Below are positions 7,752 through 16,594 of a DNA stretch of 25,766 nucleotides, in pieces. The notes under the pieces were generated by a model, which saw nothing but the letters and a program-made list of their open reading frames with translations, did not search any database and had not been told where the DNA came from. A program made the position numbers and the translations under genes. Position 1 is the first letter of the stretch, and each line of letters begins with the position of its first letter. The stretch is from Pirellulales bacterium. GTDB taxonomy: Bacteria > Planctomycetota > Planctomycetia > Pirellulales > PALSA-1355. Location of the stretch: positions 1 to 25,766 of the forward strand of contig DATJTR010000117.1 of assembly GCA_035503215.1 (NCBI GenBank), given 5' to 3'.

Positions 7752-9800
7752 ATGAAAGCTGATCATCCACGTCGAGCGATCGCCGTCTGCCGCTCGATCG
7801 CCGCAATCGCGCTTGGCCTGACGCTTCTGCCGGGGGGATCGTTGCTTGCTCAAACCGCGCCTTCATCCACGGATGCCACGACGCGGTCGGCAGAGCCTTC
7901 GCAATCGGGCAAGCTGGCCGCACTGTTGCCGAAAAGCCGCCAGTTGCAGCACTACGGCGACCTGCGTGCCGCCGAAGAAGTGGCCAAGTACGACCTGAAA
8001 CATCACACCAACGTGTCGCAACTGGCCGGTTCGCTGGAAGAATTGACCAGCATCTACAAGCAGTCGGGCAGGTACTCCGAAGCACTGTCGACGGGCAAAC
8101 GTTACCAAGAACTGCTCGATAAGATCCCAGACGCCGATGCGTCGAAGCGGCAAGACTCGGCGCTCATGCTGGCGGAGATCCTGGCTGGCCTGGGCAAATA
8201 CCCCGAGGCGCTCGCTCGCGTCGATGACGCCTTGAAAATTGACAGCGGGTGGCGGGCGACCGACCCCTTGTGGGAAGCACACCTCTACAGCGTGCGTGCG
8301 CAGATCGATCGGCTGGCAGGCAACGATGCCGCGGTGGCCGCCGATTGGCGAAGTGCCGAATCGCGGCTGCGGGCTGTGCTCGACCAACTCGTCCGCTCGG
8401 GTCCCAATACGGAACTTGAAGAGGCCGCGCTGAAGCTGCTGACCGAGTCTCTCGTGGCAACCGACCGGGCCGACGAAGCGATCGCGGTGCGGCAACAATT
8501 CCTGAACCGCCATCAGGACGATCAAACCCGGGCCCGCAATTGGTCGGAGATCGCGGGAATTTACGCCACGCTGGGGCAAGATGGCAAACAAGAGCAGGCG
8601 TTGCGAGCGGCAATCGCACTCGAGAAGCGAGACGAGGGGCGCAGTAAAGAACCGAGCTCACGCGCCGAGCAGGCCGAACTGCTCGAACGTTGGGGGCTGG
8701 TACTGCAACGTCTCGGAGATGCGGAGGGAGCGCGTCGACGATGGAAGGAAGCGGCTGCGATTCTCGAACAACTGACCGAAGAATCGAGCGGAAGCCGCCG
8801 ACAAACGGAACGATATTGGAGCGACCTGACAACGCTGCAAGCCGTTTACGAGCAGCTGAACCAGTGGCCCGAGGCAATTCGCGTAGGGCAGCGATTGCTG
8901 AGGCATCGCGAGGCGACCCTACTGCCTGACGACCCAAAGCTATGGAGGGCACGCGCCACGCTCGGCGCAATCTATGCTCGAAGCGGGAATACGGACAAGG
9001 CGCGTCAGTTCCTCACCGAGTCGCTCGACTATTGGCGATCGCGGTCGCCGGCCAGCGCCGGCGAGCTAGCCCAGACGCTTACCCAACTCAGCCGGTTGGC
9101 GCTGGCTGAAGGGAATCGGAAGCAGGCCCTGAGCTTGGCGGAAGAAGTAATCCAGGTTTGCAAGGAGGGGGGCGCCGGACAGGAATTACAGTTGGCCGAC
9201 GCCCATGACAACCTCGGGGACATCTTGGCGGCTTCGGACGGCGCGACGGCGGCCCTGACGCAATATCGGGAAACTCAAAAGCTTTGCCAGGCGCATCCCG
9301 ACGATTACCGCTTCACGGGACTGCTCTCCGCCACGTTGGTCGACGTTGCCAAACTCTATAAGTCACAGGGTGAGTTCCACCGGGCGGCCGAGTATTGCGA
9401 GCAAGCACTCGAAGTGCGGAAGCGACTGGTGGGAAAAGACAGTGGGGCCCTCGTCGGCCTGTACACAGCGCTGGCCTCGCTCGAATTGGCCGCCGACCGG
9501 CAGGGCAAGGCGACTGGCAGCGAGCTCGCGCAGGCCGAAGCACACATTGCCGCGGCACGGCAAATCTGCACCGAGCGCGGCTGGCTCGAGGGGCCCGCGG
9601 GCATCAGCGTGCTGGAGCTCGAAGCGGTCGTCGAAGTCCGCCACCAAAAGCTCGACGAGGCCCGCAAACTGCTTGGCCAGGCGCTGACGCTTTCACATCG
9701 CTCGCAACTCGGCGACCTGGAATCGAAGATTCGCACGCAGCTCGCTCAGCTCGACGAGCACGCCTCGCCCGGCGGAAAAGAAAAGCCGGCGAAACCGTGA
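7752..9800 (+). CDS. Secreted tetratricopeptide-repeat protein
   Basis: Signal-like IAAIALGLTLLPGGSLLA-Q, then repeated TPR patterns (LAEILAGLGKYPEAL, LGAIYARSGNTDKA, VAKLYKSQGEFHRAAEYCEQAL). Starts 16 nt after the previous gene, so probably co-transcribed. Confidence 0.85.
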   Translation: MKADHPRRAIAVCRSIAAIALGLTLLPGGSLLAQTAPSSTDATTRSAEPSQSGKLAALLPKSRQLQHYGDLRAAEEVAKYDLKHHTNVSQLAGSLEELTSIYKQSGRYSEALSTGKRYQELLDKIPDADASKRQDSALMLAEILAGLGKYPEALARVDDALKIDSGWRATDPLWEAHLYSVRAQIDRLAGNDAAVAADWRSAESRLRAVLDQLVRSGPNTELEEAALKLLTESLVATDRADEAIAVRQQFLNRHQDDQTRARNWSEIAGIYATLGQDGKQEQALRAAIALEKRDEGRSKEPSSRAEQAELLERWGLVLQRLGDAEGARRRWKEAAAILEQLTEESSGSRRQTERYWSDLTTLQAVYEQLNQWPEAIRVGQRLLRHREATLLPDDPKLWRARATLGAIYARSGNTDKARQFLTESLDYWRSRSPASAGELAQTLTQLSRLALAEGNRKQALSLAEEVIQVCKEGGAGQELQLADAHDNLGDILAASDGATAALTQYRETQKLCQAHPDDYRFTGLLSATLVDVAKLYKSQGEFHRAAEYCEQALEVRKRLVGKDSGALVGLYTALASLELAADRQGKATGSELAQAEAHIAAARQICTERGWLEGPAGISVLELEAVVEVRHQKLDEARKLLGQALTLSHRSQLGDLESKIRTQLAQLDEHASPGGKEKPAKP

Positions 9801-9828
9801 CCTGCGTTGTTCACCAGCCCCCGCGTGG

Positions 9829-10593
9829 CTACTCTTCGCCGGAGCGTGGCCGCGGCGGTCGGCGACGCGGTGGACCGCCGCCGGGAGGGCCAAAGCCTTC
9901 CGCTTTTCCGATGCCTCCCTTGATCGCGCTGTCGGGATCTTGCGGCGTCACCCCCAACACGATGTCGAAGTTGGCGGCCAGCTCGCCAATGCGCGACTCG
10001 GGCAGCGGATTGAAATCGACCATCAGCCGCTGCCGGGCCTTCGGATCTTCGACGTCGGCCAGCACTCCGTCGTCCTCGTTTTGCGGATGTCCGTTGACGA
10101 AGAGCTGCGTCGTGTAGATGCGGCGGCCGTTCTGACTGATGCCGAAATGGATGTGAGGCGTGCGGCCAGGATACGGCACCGGCTTGATCGTGCGGAAATA
10201 ATACTGACCGTGCGAATCGGTGAGAAAGCGGCCGTAGCCCTGGAAGTTGCTGTCGCGGACGGCGTGGCGATCGCGGGTGTTGAGATAGACTCCGTTACCG
10301 TCGACCTGCCAGATCTCGACGAAGGCATTGCGAACCGGTTCGCCCGCGCGGCTGAGGATGCGTCCGGTGAGATGGGTCACTTCGCCCAGAGCCGGCGTAA
10401 CGCCGTCGTTGACGATGATCAGGTCGTTGTCGGTGTCGAGCGGTAGCTTGTCGGGATAGAACGGGCCCTCGGTCAACGAGGGAGTGATCGACAGTTCCTC
10501 GGCCCACACTCCCTTGGCCAGCGAGCCGGCCGCGGCCAATGCGAAGCCTTTGAGCAGATGACGCCGATCGAGCGAAATACGCCCAAGATCCAT
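9829..10593 (-). CDS. Tat-exported intradiol ring-cleavage dioxygenase-like protein (protocatechuate 3,4-dioxygenase beta-like)
   Basis: Twin-arginine DRRHLLKG plus hydrophobic stretch. TEGPFY, EIWQVDGNG, FRTIKPVPYPGRTPHIH retain the Tyr/Tyr/His/His Fe(III) ligand pattern. Start placed at MDLG (10593). Confidence 0.88.
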   Translation of the reverse strand: MDLGRISLDRRHLLKGFALAAAGSLAKGVWAEELSITPSLTEGPFYPDKLPLDTDNDLIIVNDGVTPALGEVTHLTGRILSRAGEPVRNAFVEIWQVDGNGVYLNTRDRHAVRDSNFQGYGRFLTDSHGQYYFRTIKPVPYPGRTPHIHFGISQNGRRIYTTQLFVNGHPQNEDDGVLADVEDPKARQRLMVDFNPLPESRIGELAANFDIVLGVTPQDPDSAIKGGIGKAEGFGPPGGGPPRRRPPRPRSGEE

Positions 10594-10690
10594 GATGGTG
10601 CCCCTCTTTCTGTTTTCCTTGTTTGCTCGCCGTGTCCGAATCATTCTACCGCAAACGCTTCGGCTCATTGCGCGCGCCGGCGGAACGCAC

Positions 10691-11635
10691 TCAGGCCTGG
10701 CTCTGCAGATGTTTGGCGAAGAACTGCTTGACGTGGTCCCACATCGGCTCGCTTAGCGTGTGCCCCACCCCCGGCTCGATGAACCAGGTGAACTTGCCTT
10801 CGGCATGCACGGCTTCGTAAGCCCGGCGGATGGTTTCGATGCCTTGCTTGGCCTCGTCGATCGGGCTGCCATGGTCGGTTTCGCCCAAGTTCAGATGCAA
10901 AGCACGCGGGGCGATGAGGGCCGCGATGTCGGGCGTGTCGCCGTAGGTGAATAGCCCGGGGATGAAATTCGGAAAGCAGTGCAGTAGCTCGGTACGGTGA
11001 ATCGCCGCGTAGGTGGGCAAGCAGCAATTGCCGCACAGGGCCACCAGCCGCGGCTCCCAAGGGCCGACCAGCCAGGTGTGGGTGGAGCCCATCGAATGAC
11101 CGTAGCAACCTAGCCGGTCGGCCTTGATTTCGGGGCGCGCGGCGAGATAGCTCACCGATTGCCGCATATCGAGAACACTCTTCCAAGCCAGGCACTTGCC
11201 GCTCACCACGTATTTCAAGAACAGGAATCGCTCCAGCTCCGACCCGCGCAGCTTGCCCGGCGTGCGGTCGGCAAAGCCGAGGGCGTCGGGACAGAGCACC
11301 GCGTAACCTTCGCGAACCAGGCCAACGCCGGTTCCTCCTTCCCGCTCCATGGTCGAAGGGCGCACCCCGGCGGGCCCGTATTTGCCCATTTGGTACTGCC
11401 CGCCATGCGGATGCCAAATGCAGATGCCCGGCACGGGATGTTCGGCGCTCGCGCCGTCGGGAAGCAGTAGGAACGAGCTCACCCGATCCCCCGGTTCCAA
11501 TTCATAAGTAACCGTTTCCAGCCGATAGCCGTCCTTTTGTTCGACTTTTTCGGTTTGCGGGCGCAAATCGCAGGGCGCGGGCCACGCTCCGCCCAAGGAT
11601 TGCAGCAATCGGTCCTGAAAATCGGCCACGGCCAT
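10691..11635 (-). CDS. Alpha/beta hydrolase (dienelactone hydrolase / acetyl-xylan-esterase-like family)
   Basis: Nucleophile elbow GCYGHSMG, HPHGG oxyanion region, candidate Asp (ETDHG) and His (VGHT). Start placed at MAVAD (11635). Confidence 0.85.
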   Translation of the reverse strand: MAVADFQDRLLQSLGGAWPAPCDLRPQTEKVEQKDGYRLETVTYELEPGDRVSSFLLLPDGASAEHPVPGICIWHPHGGQYQMGKYGPAGVRPSTMEREGGTGVGLVREGYAVLCPDALGFADRTPGKLRGSELERFLFLKYVVSGKCLAWKSVLDMRQSVSYLAARPEIKADRLGCYGHSMGSTHTWLVGPWEPRLVALCGNCCLPTYAAIHRTELLHCFPNFIPGLFTYGDTPDIAALIAPRALHLNLGETDHGSPIDEAKQGIETIRRAYEAVHAEGKFTWFIEPGVGHTLSEPMWDHVKQFFAKHLQSQA

Positions 11636-12096
11636 GGGAGACCTCCGGGAATGGTTCTGGAGGAAGAAATGTGGGACCGGCCTATACCGGGCGTATTCGC
11701 TATGAGATCCAGTCACCGGGCAGGCAAGCGGGGTCGAACCGGCAAAGCGGGCGATTGCGGGCGGCCACGAGTTCGAACTGATTCAATCTAACTCTCTCGG
11801 AAACCCAGATCAAACTGGACTTGCCGGGGGGGTTCTGGGATACTCGGCATGTGTTTTGTGTGAGCAAGGTCGAAGGATTCGACCGCTCTGGCACACTGTG
11901 CGCCGCACCAAGGATCGATTCGGCCGGGACGGTTTGCTCGTTCGCCTTGCAGGGCGAACCCAAATGCCGCGTGAGGCATGGGGCAGACCCGCTCTCCTCG
12001 GACATCGGGGAGATTCATCCGTTGCCCCCGCCAAGGACTTTGTCTCCTAGGCCGGGGCGGGGAACCCGCCGTACTTGTCGAGTAAGGACGCTCGCC

Positions 12097-12891
12097 ATGA
12101 TCCGCTATTCGGTCCTCATTCCGCAGCGGAACGCCGGCAACGAGCTGGCGCGTCAACTTCCCGAGCTGCGGCGCGTGCTAGCCATGCTGACGCTACCCTA
12201 TGAGGTGATTTGCATCGACCGGGGATCGGGGCCGGCCACCCGCGGCGCTCTCGGCGAATTGCTCCAGCAATTCCCGTTTCTACGCGTGCTCACGCTCGAA
12301 CGCACCGCTGGCCTGGAGGGGGCGCTGGCGGCCGGAATCGCCGCCGCCCGCGGTGAATTGCTGGTGGCGATCGGTCCGGGCACAGAATATCCGCTCAATC
12401 AGATTCCGCACCTGATCGCCGAACTGTCGCACAGCGATATCATTTTCGGCCGGCAGCCGTCCACGGGCTGGGCCCACGCCTGGCGGCAACTCGCCGATTT
12501 GCCGGCACGCTGGCTGCTCGGCCCGCGAGCGCGCAGCACCGATCCATTGTTTTGGGCCGCGCGCCGCGAAGCGGTGGCCGGATTGGAAGCCGCACGGGGC
12601 ACGGCCCGCTATCTCCCCTGGCTGGCGTCGATGCGGGGTTTTCGAGTTGGCGAAACACCCGTGCGATTTCAGGGCGGCCGGCCGCGGCTGGCGAATGCTT
12701 GGGCCAATCCGGTCGACCTGTTGGCCGTGTGGTGGCTCAGGCGGCGTTATCGGCCGCCACAGGTCGAAGAGCTGCGTCTCGAAACGCCCGCGGCGGCCAG
12801 GCCGGCCGCGGCGGGGGCGAATCGCTGGATCGATGGCGCGCAGAACCTGGGCCGTCGAGAGGCCGACGCCCGGCAACGTGACACCGCATGA
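12097..12891 (+). CDS. Glycosyltransferase family 2-like protein (DPM/ArnC-like fold) with degenerate catalytic motifs
   Basis: YSVLIPQRNAG, YEVICIDRGS, GLEGALAAGIAAARGELLVAI, DIIFGR, GFRVGETPVRF follow the GT2 layout, but the expected Asp residues are replaced. Start placed at ATG 12097. Confidence 0.78.
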   Translation: MIRYSVLIPQRNAGNELARQLPELRRVLAMLTLPYEVICIDRGSGPATRGALGELLQQFPFLRVLTLERTAGLEGALAAGIAAARGELLVAIGPGTEYPLNQIPHLIAELSHSDIIFGRQPSTGWAHAWRQLADLPARWLLGPRARSTDPLFWAARREAVAGLEAARGTARYLPWLASMRGFRVGETPVRFQGGRPRLANAWANPVDLLAVWWLRRRYRPPQVEELRLETPAAARPAAAGANRWIDGAQNLGRREADARQRDTA

Positions 12892-13035
12892 GGCTGGGAT
12901 GGGCCCGACGACTCGACGTGACCAACTTAACGCGATTTGGGCCGCGCACCCAACATCCCACCGGCGACTGAATGCACCCCGAGCGCTCGCGCGCTCCTGA
13001 CGACACGCAACACTGACAGCGAGCACCCCACGAGC

Positions 13036-14304
13036 ATGAAGATCTTCTTTTCCGTCGGCGAACCGAGCGGCGATTTGCACGCGGCCAATTTGATCCGTCA
13101 GCTTCGCAGTCAGCATCCTGAATTGGAAGCGGTCGGCTATGGCGGCCCGCAGATGGCGGCGGCCGGCTGCCAGTTGCACGCCGACCTGACGGCCTTGGCC
13201 GTGATGTGGTTTCTGCGGGTGCTCTTGAACCTGCACAAGTTCTTAGCGCTGGCCGGGCGGGCCGATCGCTATTTTCGCCACTCGCGGCCCGACGCGGTGG
13301 TGCTGATCGACTATCCCGGCTTCAACTGGTGGATCGCTCGGCGGGCGAAGGCGCACGGCATTCCGGTTTTCTATTACGTGCCACCGCAAATCTGGGCTTG
13401 GGCGAGCTGGCGTGTGAAGAAGATGCGCCGGCTGGTCGACCACGTGCTGTGCAGCCTGCCGTTCGAAGTCGCCTGGTACGGTGAGCGCGGCTGCCGGGCC
13501 ACGTTCGTCGGCCATCCCTATTTCGACGAAGTCAGCACCCGGCCGCTGGACCACAAGTTTGTCGCGACGCAGCAGCGCGAAGATTCGCCGCTGGTGACGA
13601 TTTTGCCGGGATCGCGAACGCAGGAAGTGAAACTGAACCTGAAGTATTTTCTGGAGGCGGCGGCACTCGTCCACGCCCAGCTTCCACACGTGCGATTTGC
13701 CATCGCCAGCTTCCGGCCGATGCAGGCCGAACTGGCCCGCACCTTGGCGGCGGCCAGCGGCTTGCCGATCGAAGTGCATTTGCGGCGAACGCCCGAATTG
13801 ATCGAAGCGGCCGATTGCTGCCTGGCGGTGTCGGGCTCGGTGTCGCTCGAGTTGCTGTACCACACCCGGCCGACGGCCATCTTGTATTGGATCAGCCCCT
13901 TGGCCTACCGGGTGCAGTTGTGGTTCCGGCACACCCGCTACATCACGCTGGTCAACCTGCTGACGGCCAAGCAAGTGTTTTCGCACGATTTGAGCCCGTA
14001 CGACCCGGCCGCGCCGAAAGATGCCACGGTGCTGTTTCCCGAGTATTTGACGTGCGAGAACAAGTCGCGGGCGCTGGCCGATCACGTGATCCGCTGGCTG
14101 ACCGATCGGGCGGAACGTGCCCGCGTGACGGCCGAATTGGCCGCCCTCAAAGAGCGCGTGGGACATGGCGGAGCATCGCGGCGGGCCAGCGAGTACATTC
14201 TGACCACGCTGGGCGCGAAGCGGCCGCCGATCCCCCGGCCTCATTTCCGCCCGCTGCCCGCGCCGGTCGCCGAAGCGGGGGGCGACGCTCAGCATGCCGC
14301 CTAA
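13036..14304 (+). CDS. lpxB: Lipid-A-disaccharide synthase
   Basis: MKIFFSVGEPSGDLH, VLIDYPGFN, YYVPPQIWAW, FVGHP, ILPGSR.QE, SGSVSLEL: classic LpxB motifs. Confidence 0.96.
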   Translation: MKIFFSVGEPSGDLHAANLIRQLRSQHPELEAVGYGGPQMAAAGCQLHADLTALAVMWFLRVLLNLHKFLALAGRADRYFRHSRPDAVVLIDYPGFNWWIARRAKAHGIPVFYYVPPQIWAWASWRVKKMRRLVDHVLCSLPFEVAWYGERGCRATFVGHPYFDEVSTRPLDHKFVATQQREDSPLVTILPGSRTQEVKLNLKYFLEAAALVHAQLPHVRFAIASFRPMQAELARTLAAASGLPIEVHLRRTPELIEAADCCLAVSGSVSLELLYHTRPTAILYWISPLAYRVQLWFRHTRYITLVNLLTAKQVFSHDLSPYDPAAPKDATVLFPEYLTCENKSRALADHVIRWLTDRAERARVTAELAALKERVGHGGASRRASEYILTTLGAKRPPIPRPHFRPLPAPVAEAGGDAQHAA

Positions 14305-14400
14305 GGCGGGCACCCCTCGGCTGGGCAGCGTGCAGAGTTTGAGCAGCCACGTCGCCGGGCCGACATGGATCCGCGCCCGCGCGCACGCCACACGGGAGGC

Positions 14401-14429
14401 TTGAAGCCGTGGGCCCGGCAACCGACAAT
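14401..14429 (+). promoter_or_regulatory. Candidate sigma70 promoter TTGAAG-N17-GACAAT
   Basis: Correct 17-nt spacing, 62 nt upstream of the M50 peptidase ATG. Confidence 0.45.
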
Positions 14430-14491
14430 CGCCACAGTCGGCAGTGCCACGATACCGGCGGCCGAGCGCACCCGTGTAAGGATCCCGTTAC

Positions 14492-15235
14492 ATGCTGCTG
14501 AACGACCCGCCCCCGTCGGCCGGTGACTTGCATTTTTCGCTGCTGGGCATTCCGGTCCGCGTGCATCCGATGTTTTGGGTGATCGGGTTGGTGCTGGGAA
14601 TGACCGGCGGGGCCGAGGAGAGCCTGTGGCCGATCCTGGTGTGGGTGATCGCTGTTTTTTTGTCGGTGCTGGTTCACGAAATGGGGCACGCGCTCGTGAT
14701 TCGCGCGCTCGGCGTGCAACCCTGGATCACTCTGTACGGGATGGGTGGACTGACGAACCACCAGGGAGGCCGCTTTCGGCCGGCAACGCAAATCCTGGTT
14801 TCGTTCGCCGGTCCGGCCGCCGGATTCTTGCTCGCCGCGCTCATCATCGTGTTGGTCGTCAGCACCGGCCATGACTTCCGAATTCGCTGGGGCTGGCCTT
14901 ATCTGGTCGTCTGGCTGATCGGGGGATTCAGCAAGCCGGGCGTCGAGGAACTGTGCAACGACCTGTTGTTCGTGAACATCTGGTGGGGCATTTTGAATTT
15001 GCTGCCGATCTTCCCCTTGGACGGCGGCCGCATCACCAACGAAGTCCTCAACATCACCTATCCCCGCGGCGCGCTGCGGGTGACGCTGTGGATTTCGCTC
15101 GTCGTGGCGACGGCGATGGCAGCGACGGGGCTGACCTCGCACCCCGTACAATTGTTCCGGGTGCTTTTGTTTGGGTCGCTGGCCTACAGCAACTTTCAGT
15201 TGCTGGGACTCGCAGCGGGAGGCCGCCGCTGGTAA
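14492..15235 (+). CDS. Site-2 protease family (M50) intramembrane zinc metalloprotease
   Basis: LVHEMGH, VSFAGPAAG, NLLPIFPLDGGRI, multiple TM helices. Confidence 0.92.
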   Translation: MLLNDPPPSAGDLHFSLLGIPVRVHPMFWVIGLVLGMTGGAEESLWPILVWVIAVFLSVLVHEMGHALVIRALGVQPWITLYGMGGLTNHQGGRFRPATQILVSFAGPAAGFLLAALIIVLVVSTGHDFRIRWGWPYLVVWLIGGFSKPGVEELCNDLLFVNIWWGILNLLPIFPLDGGRITNEVLNITYPRGALRVTLWISLVVATAMAATGLTSHPVQLFRVLLFGSLAYSNFQLLGLAAGGRRW

Positions 15236-15267
15236 GGCGTGCCGGGCGGGAGAGGGACTGACAGCCG

Positions 15268-16053
15268 ATGAGATCGCGGCCGCCGGCCCGGCACCGGATC
15301 GTGGTGCTAGGCGCAAGTAACGTTGCACGTGGGATTTCGGTCATCGCCGAAACCGCCCGCCAAATTCATGGTCGGCCGCTGGAGATTTTCGCCGCCTTCG
15401 GCCGTGGCCGCTCTTTTGGCAAGACCAGTTCGTTCTTGGGTCACCAGCTGCCGGGCATCGTCGAAAGCGGTCTCTGGCAGTCGCTCTCTGCGCAAGCGCA
15501 CCTGCCCACCAGCGCGCTGGTGACCGACATCGGCAACGATTTGTTTTACGATCAGCCGCTGGATCGGATCGTCGGTTGGATCGATTTTTGTCTCGCGCGG
15601 TTGGCCGCGCTCGAAGCGCGGACCGTGGTCACGCGATTGCCTTTGGACAACTTGCCGGGGCTCGGCGAGCGCAGATTTCGGCTGCTGCGAAAAATTTTTT
15701 TTCCCAACTGTCGACAAAGCCTGGCCGAGGTGACCGAGTCGGCCCGAGCGCTCGACGCGCGCGTCGCCGAGCTGGCCCGCGCGTATGGCGCGGAGATGAT
15801 TTCGCCGCCTCGCGCGTGGTATGGATTCGACGCGATTCACATTCGTCTCCGCGCCGTGCCGCGGGCCTGGCGTGAGATTCTGTTGGCCTGGTCGCCGGCG
15901 ACGGCGCCCGCGCGCGGCGTGGCGCCTTCGCCACTGCGTGCGCTCTATCTGAATACGGTTTTTCCCGAGCGCCAGCGTGTTTTTGGCCGTGCCTGGCAGG
16001 TGCGGCAGCCGTCGGGAAAACTGCCGGACGGGACGACGATGTGGTTCTATTGA
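15268..16053 (+). CDS. SGNH/GDSL hydrolase-like protein
   Basis: Block I VVLGASN, block III DIGNDL, block V FDAIH. Follows the M50 gene by 32 nt. Confidence 0.72.
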   Translation: MRSRPPARHRIVVLGASNVARGISVIAETARQIHGRPLEIFAAFGRGRSFGKTSSFLGHQLPGIVESGLWQSLSAQAHLPTSALVTDIGNDLFYDQPLDRIVGWIDFCLARLAALEARTVVTRLPLDNLPGLGERRFRLLRKIFFPNCRQSLAEVTESARALDARVAELARAYGAEMISPPRAWYGFDAIHIRLRAVPRAWREILLAWSPATAPARGVAPSPLRALYLNTVFPERQRVFGRAWQVRQPSGKLPDGTTMWFY

Positions 16054-16084
16054 AGCGCTCTCGCGCGCGTCGTTCGAGCGCTTC
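16052..16084 (+). terminator. 9-bp GC-rich hairpin at the SGNH gene stop (no U tract)
   Basis: GAAGCGCTC (16052-16060) and GAGCGCTTC (16076-16084) are exact reverse complements. Confidence 0.3.
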
Positions 16085-16268
16085 GCGGCGATCGCGTCGT
16101 GTTGCCTGGCGCGGCGCTGCGCAATCATTTCGCGCAAGCGCGCGCACGACGCGGCGCGATCGATCGATGCGCGCGATTGCGCGTACGCCGAGTGGCTGCG
16201 CGGTGACGAAGAGGACGAGCGCGACTTGAAAAAAACATGCGCGATGCAAAGATTTCAGCGAACACATG

Positions 16269-16296
16269 TTGCAGAAATCAGAAGAATTTGTACAAC
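16269..16296 (+). promoter_or_regulatory. Candidate sigma70 promoter TTGCAG-N16-TACAAC for the micropeptide locus
   Basis: Lies in a locally AT-rich patch immediately before the structured leader. Spacing is 16 nt. Confidence 0.4.
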
Positions 16297-16489
16297 TACT
16301 AATCAGTGTGTTTCCCTGAACGAGGAGTTGATCGGCCCGACGTGATCACCAGCGACTCGTGTGCGTGTGACGCGACTGGCCGTGACTGAGTGTTGCGTTT
16401 CTGTTCAGGGTGGGACTCGCTCGCAGACAAACGTGACCTTGGAGGTCACCGAGACGGATCTCGCCGAAACTTTTTTTGGAGGACGGACT

Positions 16490-16576
16490 GTGGCCAAGAA
16501 GAAGAAAGCTGCTGTGAAGAAGGCTGCCCCGAAGAAGAAGGCCCACAAGAAGGCGGCCAAGAAGAAGAAGAAGTAG
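16490..16576 (+). CDS. 28-aa Lys/Ala-rich histone-H1-like micropeptide (MAKKKKAAVKKAAPKKKAHKKAAKKKKK)
   Basis: GGAGG at 16478-16482, 7 nt before GTG 16490. In-frame AAG/GCT/GCC codons to TAG. 16 Lys and 8 Ala. The ORF track extends it to GTG 16361, but that start lacks a comparably placed RBS. Confidence 0.8.
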   Translation: MAKKKKAAVKKAAPKKKAHKKAAKKKKK

Positions 16577-16594
16577 CTTTGAAGAAGTAGCATC

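Noticed and set aside
11889-11903. Sigma54 -24/-12 site TGGCAC-N7-GC upstream of GT2-lpxB
   Set aside because: GG-N10-GC spacing fits but the TTGC element is absent. Such matches arise readily in GC-rich DNA.
16361-16489. Longer 71-aa version of the basic peptide from GTG 16361
   Set aside because: The extension overlaps the structured leader and lacks a comparably placed RBS, whereas GTG 16490 has a GGAGG at ideal spacing.
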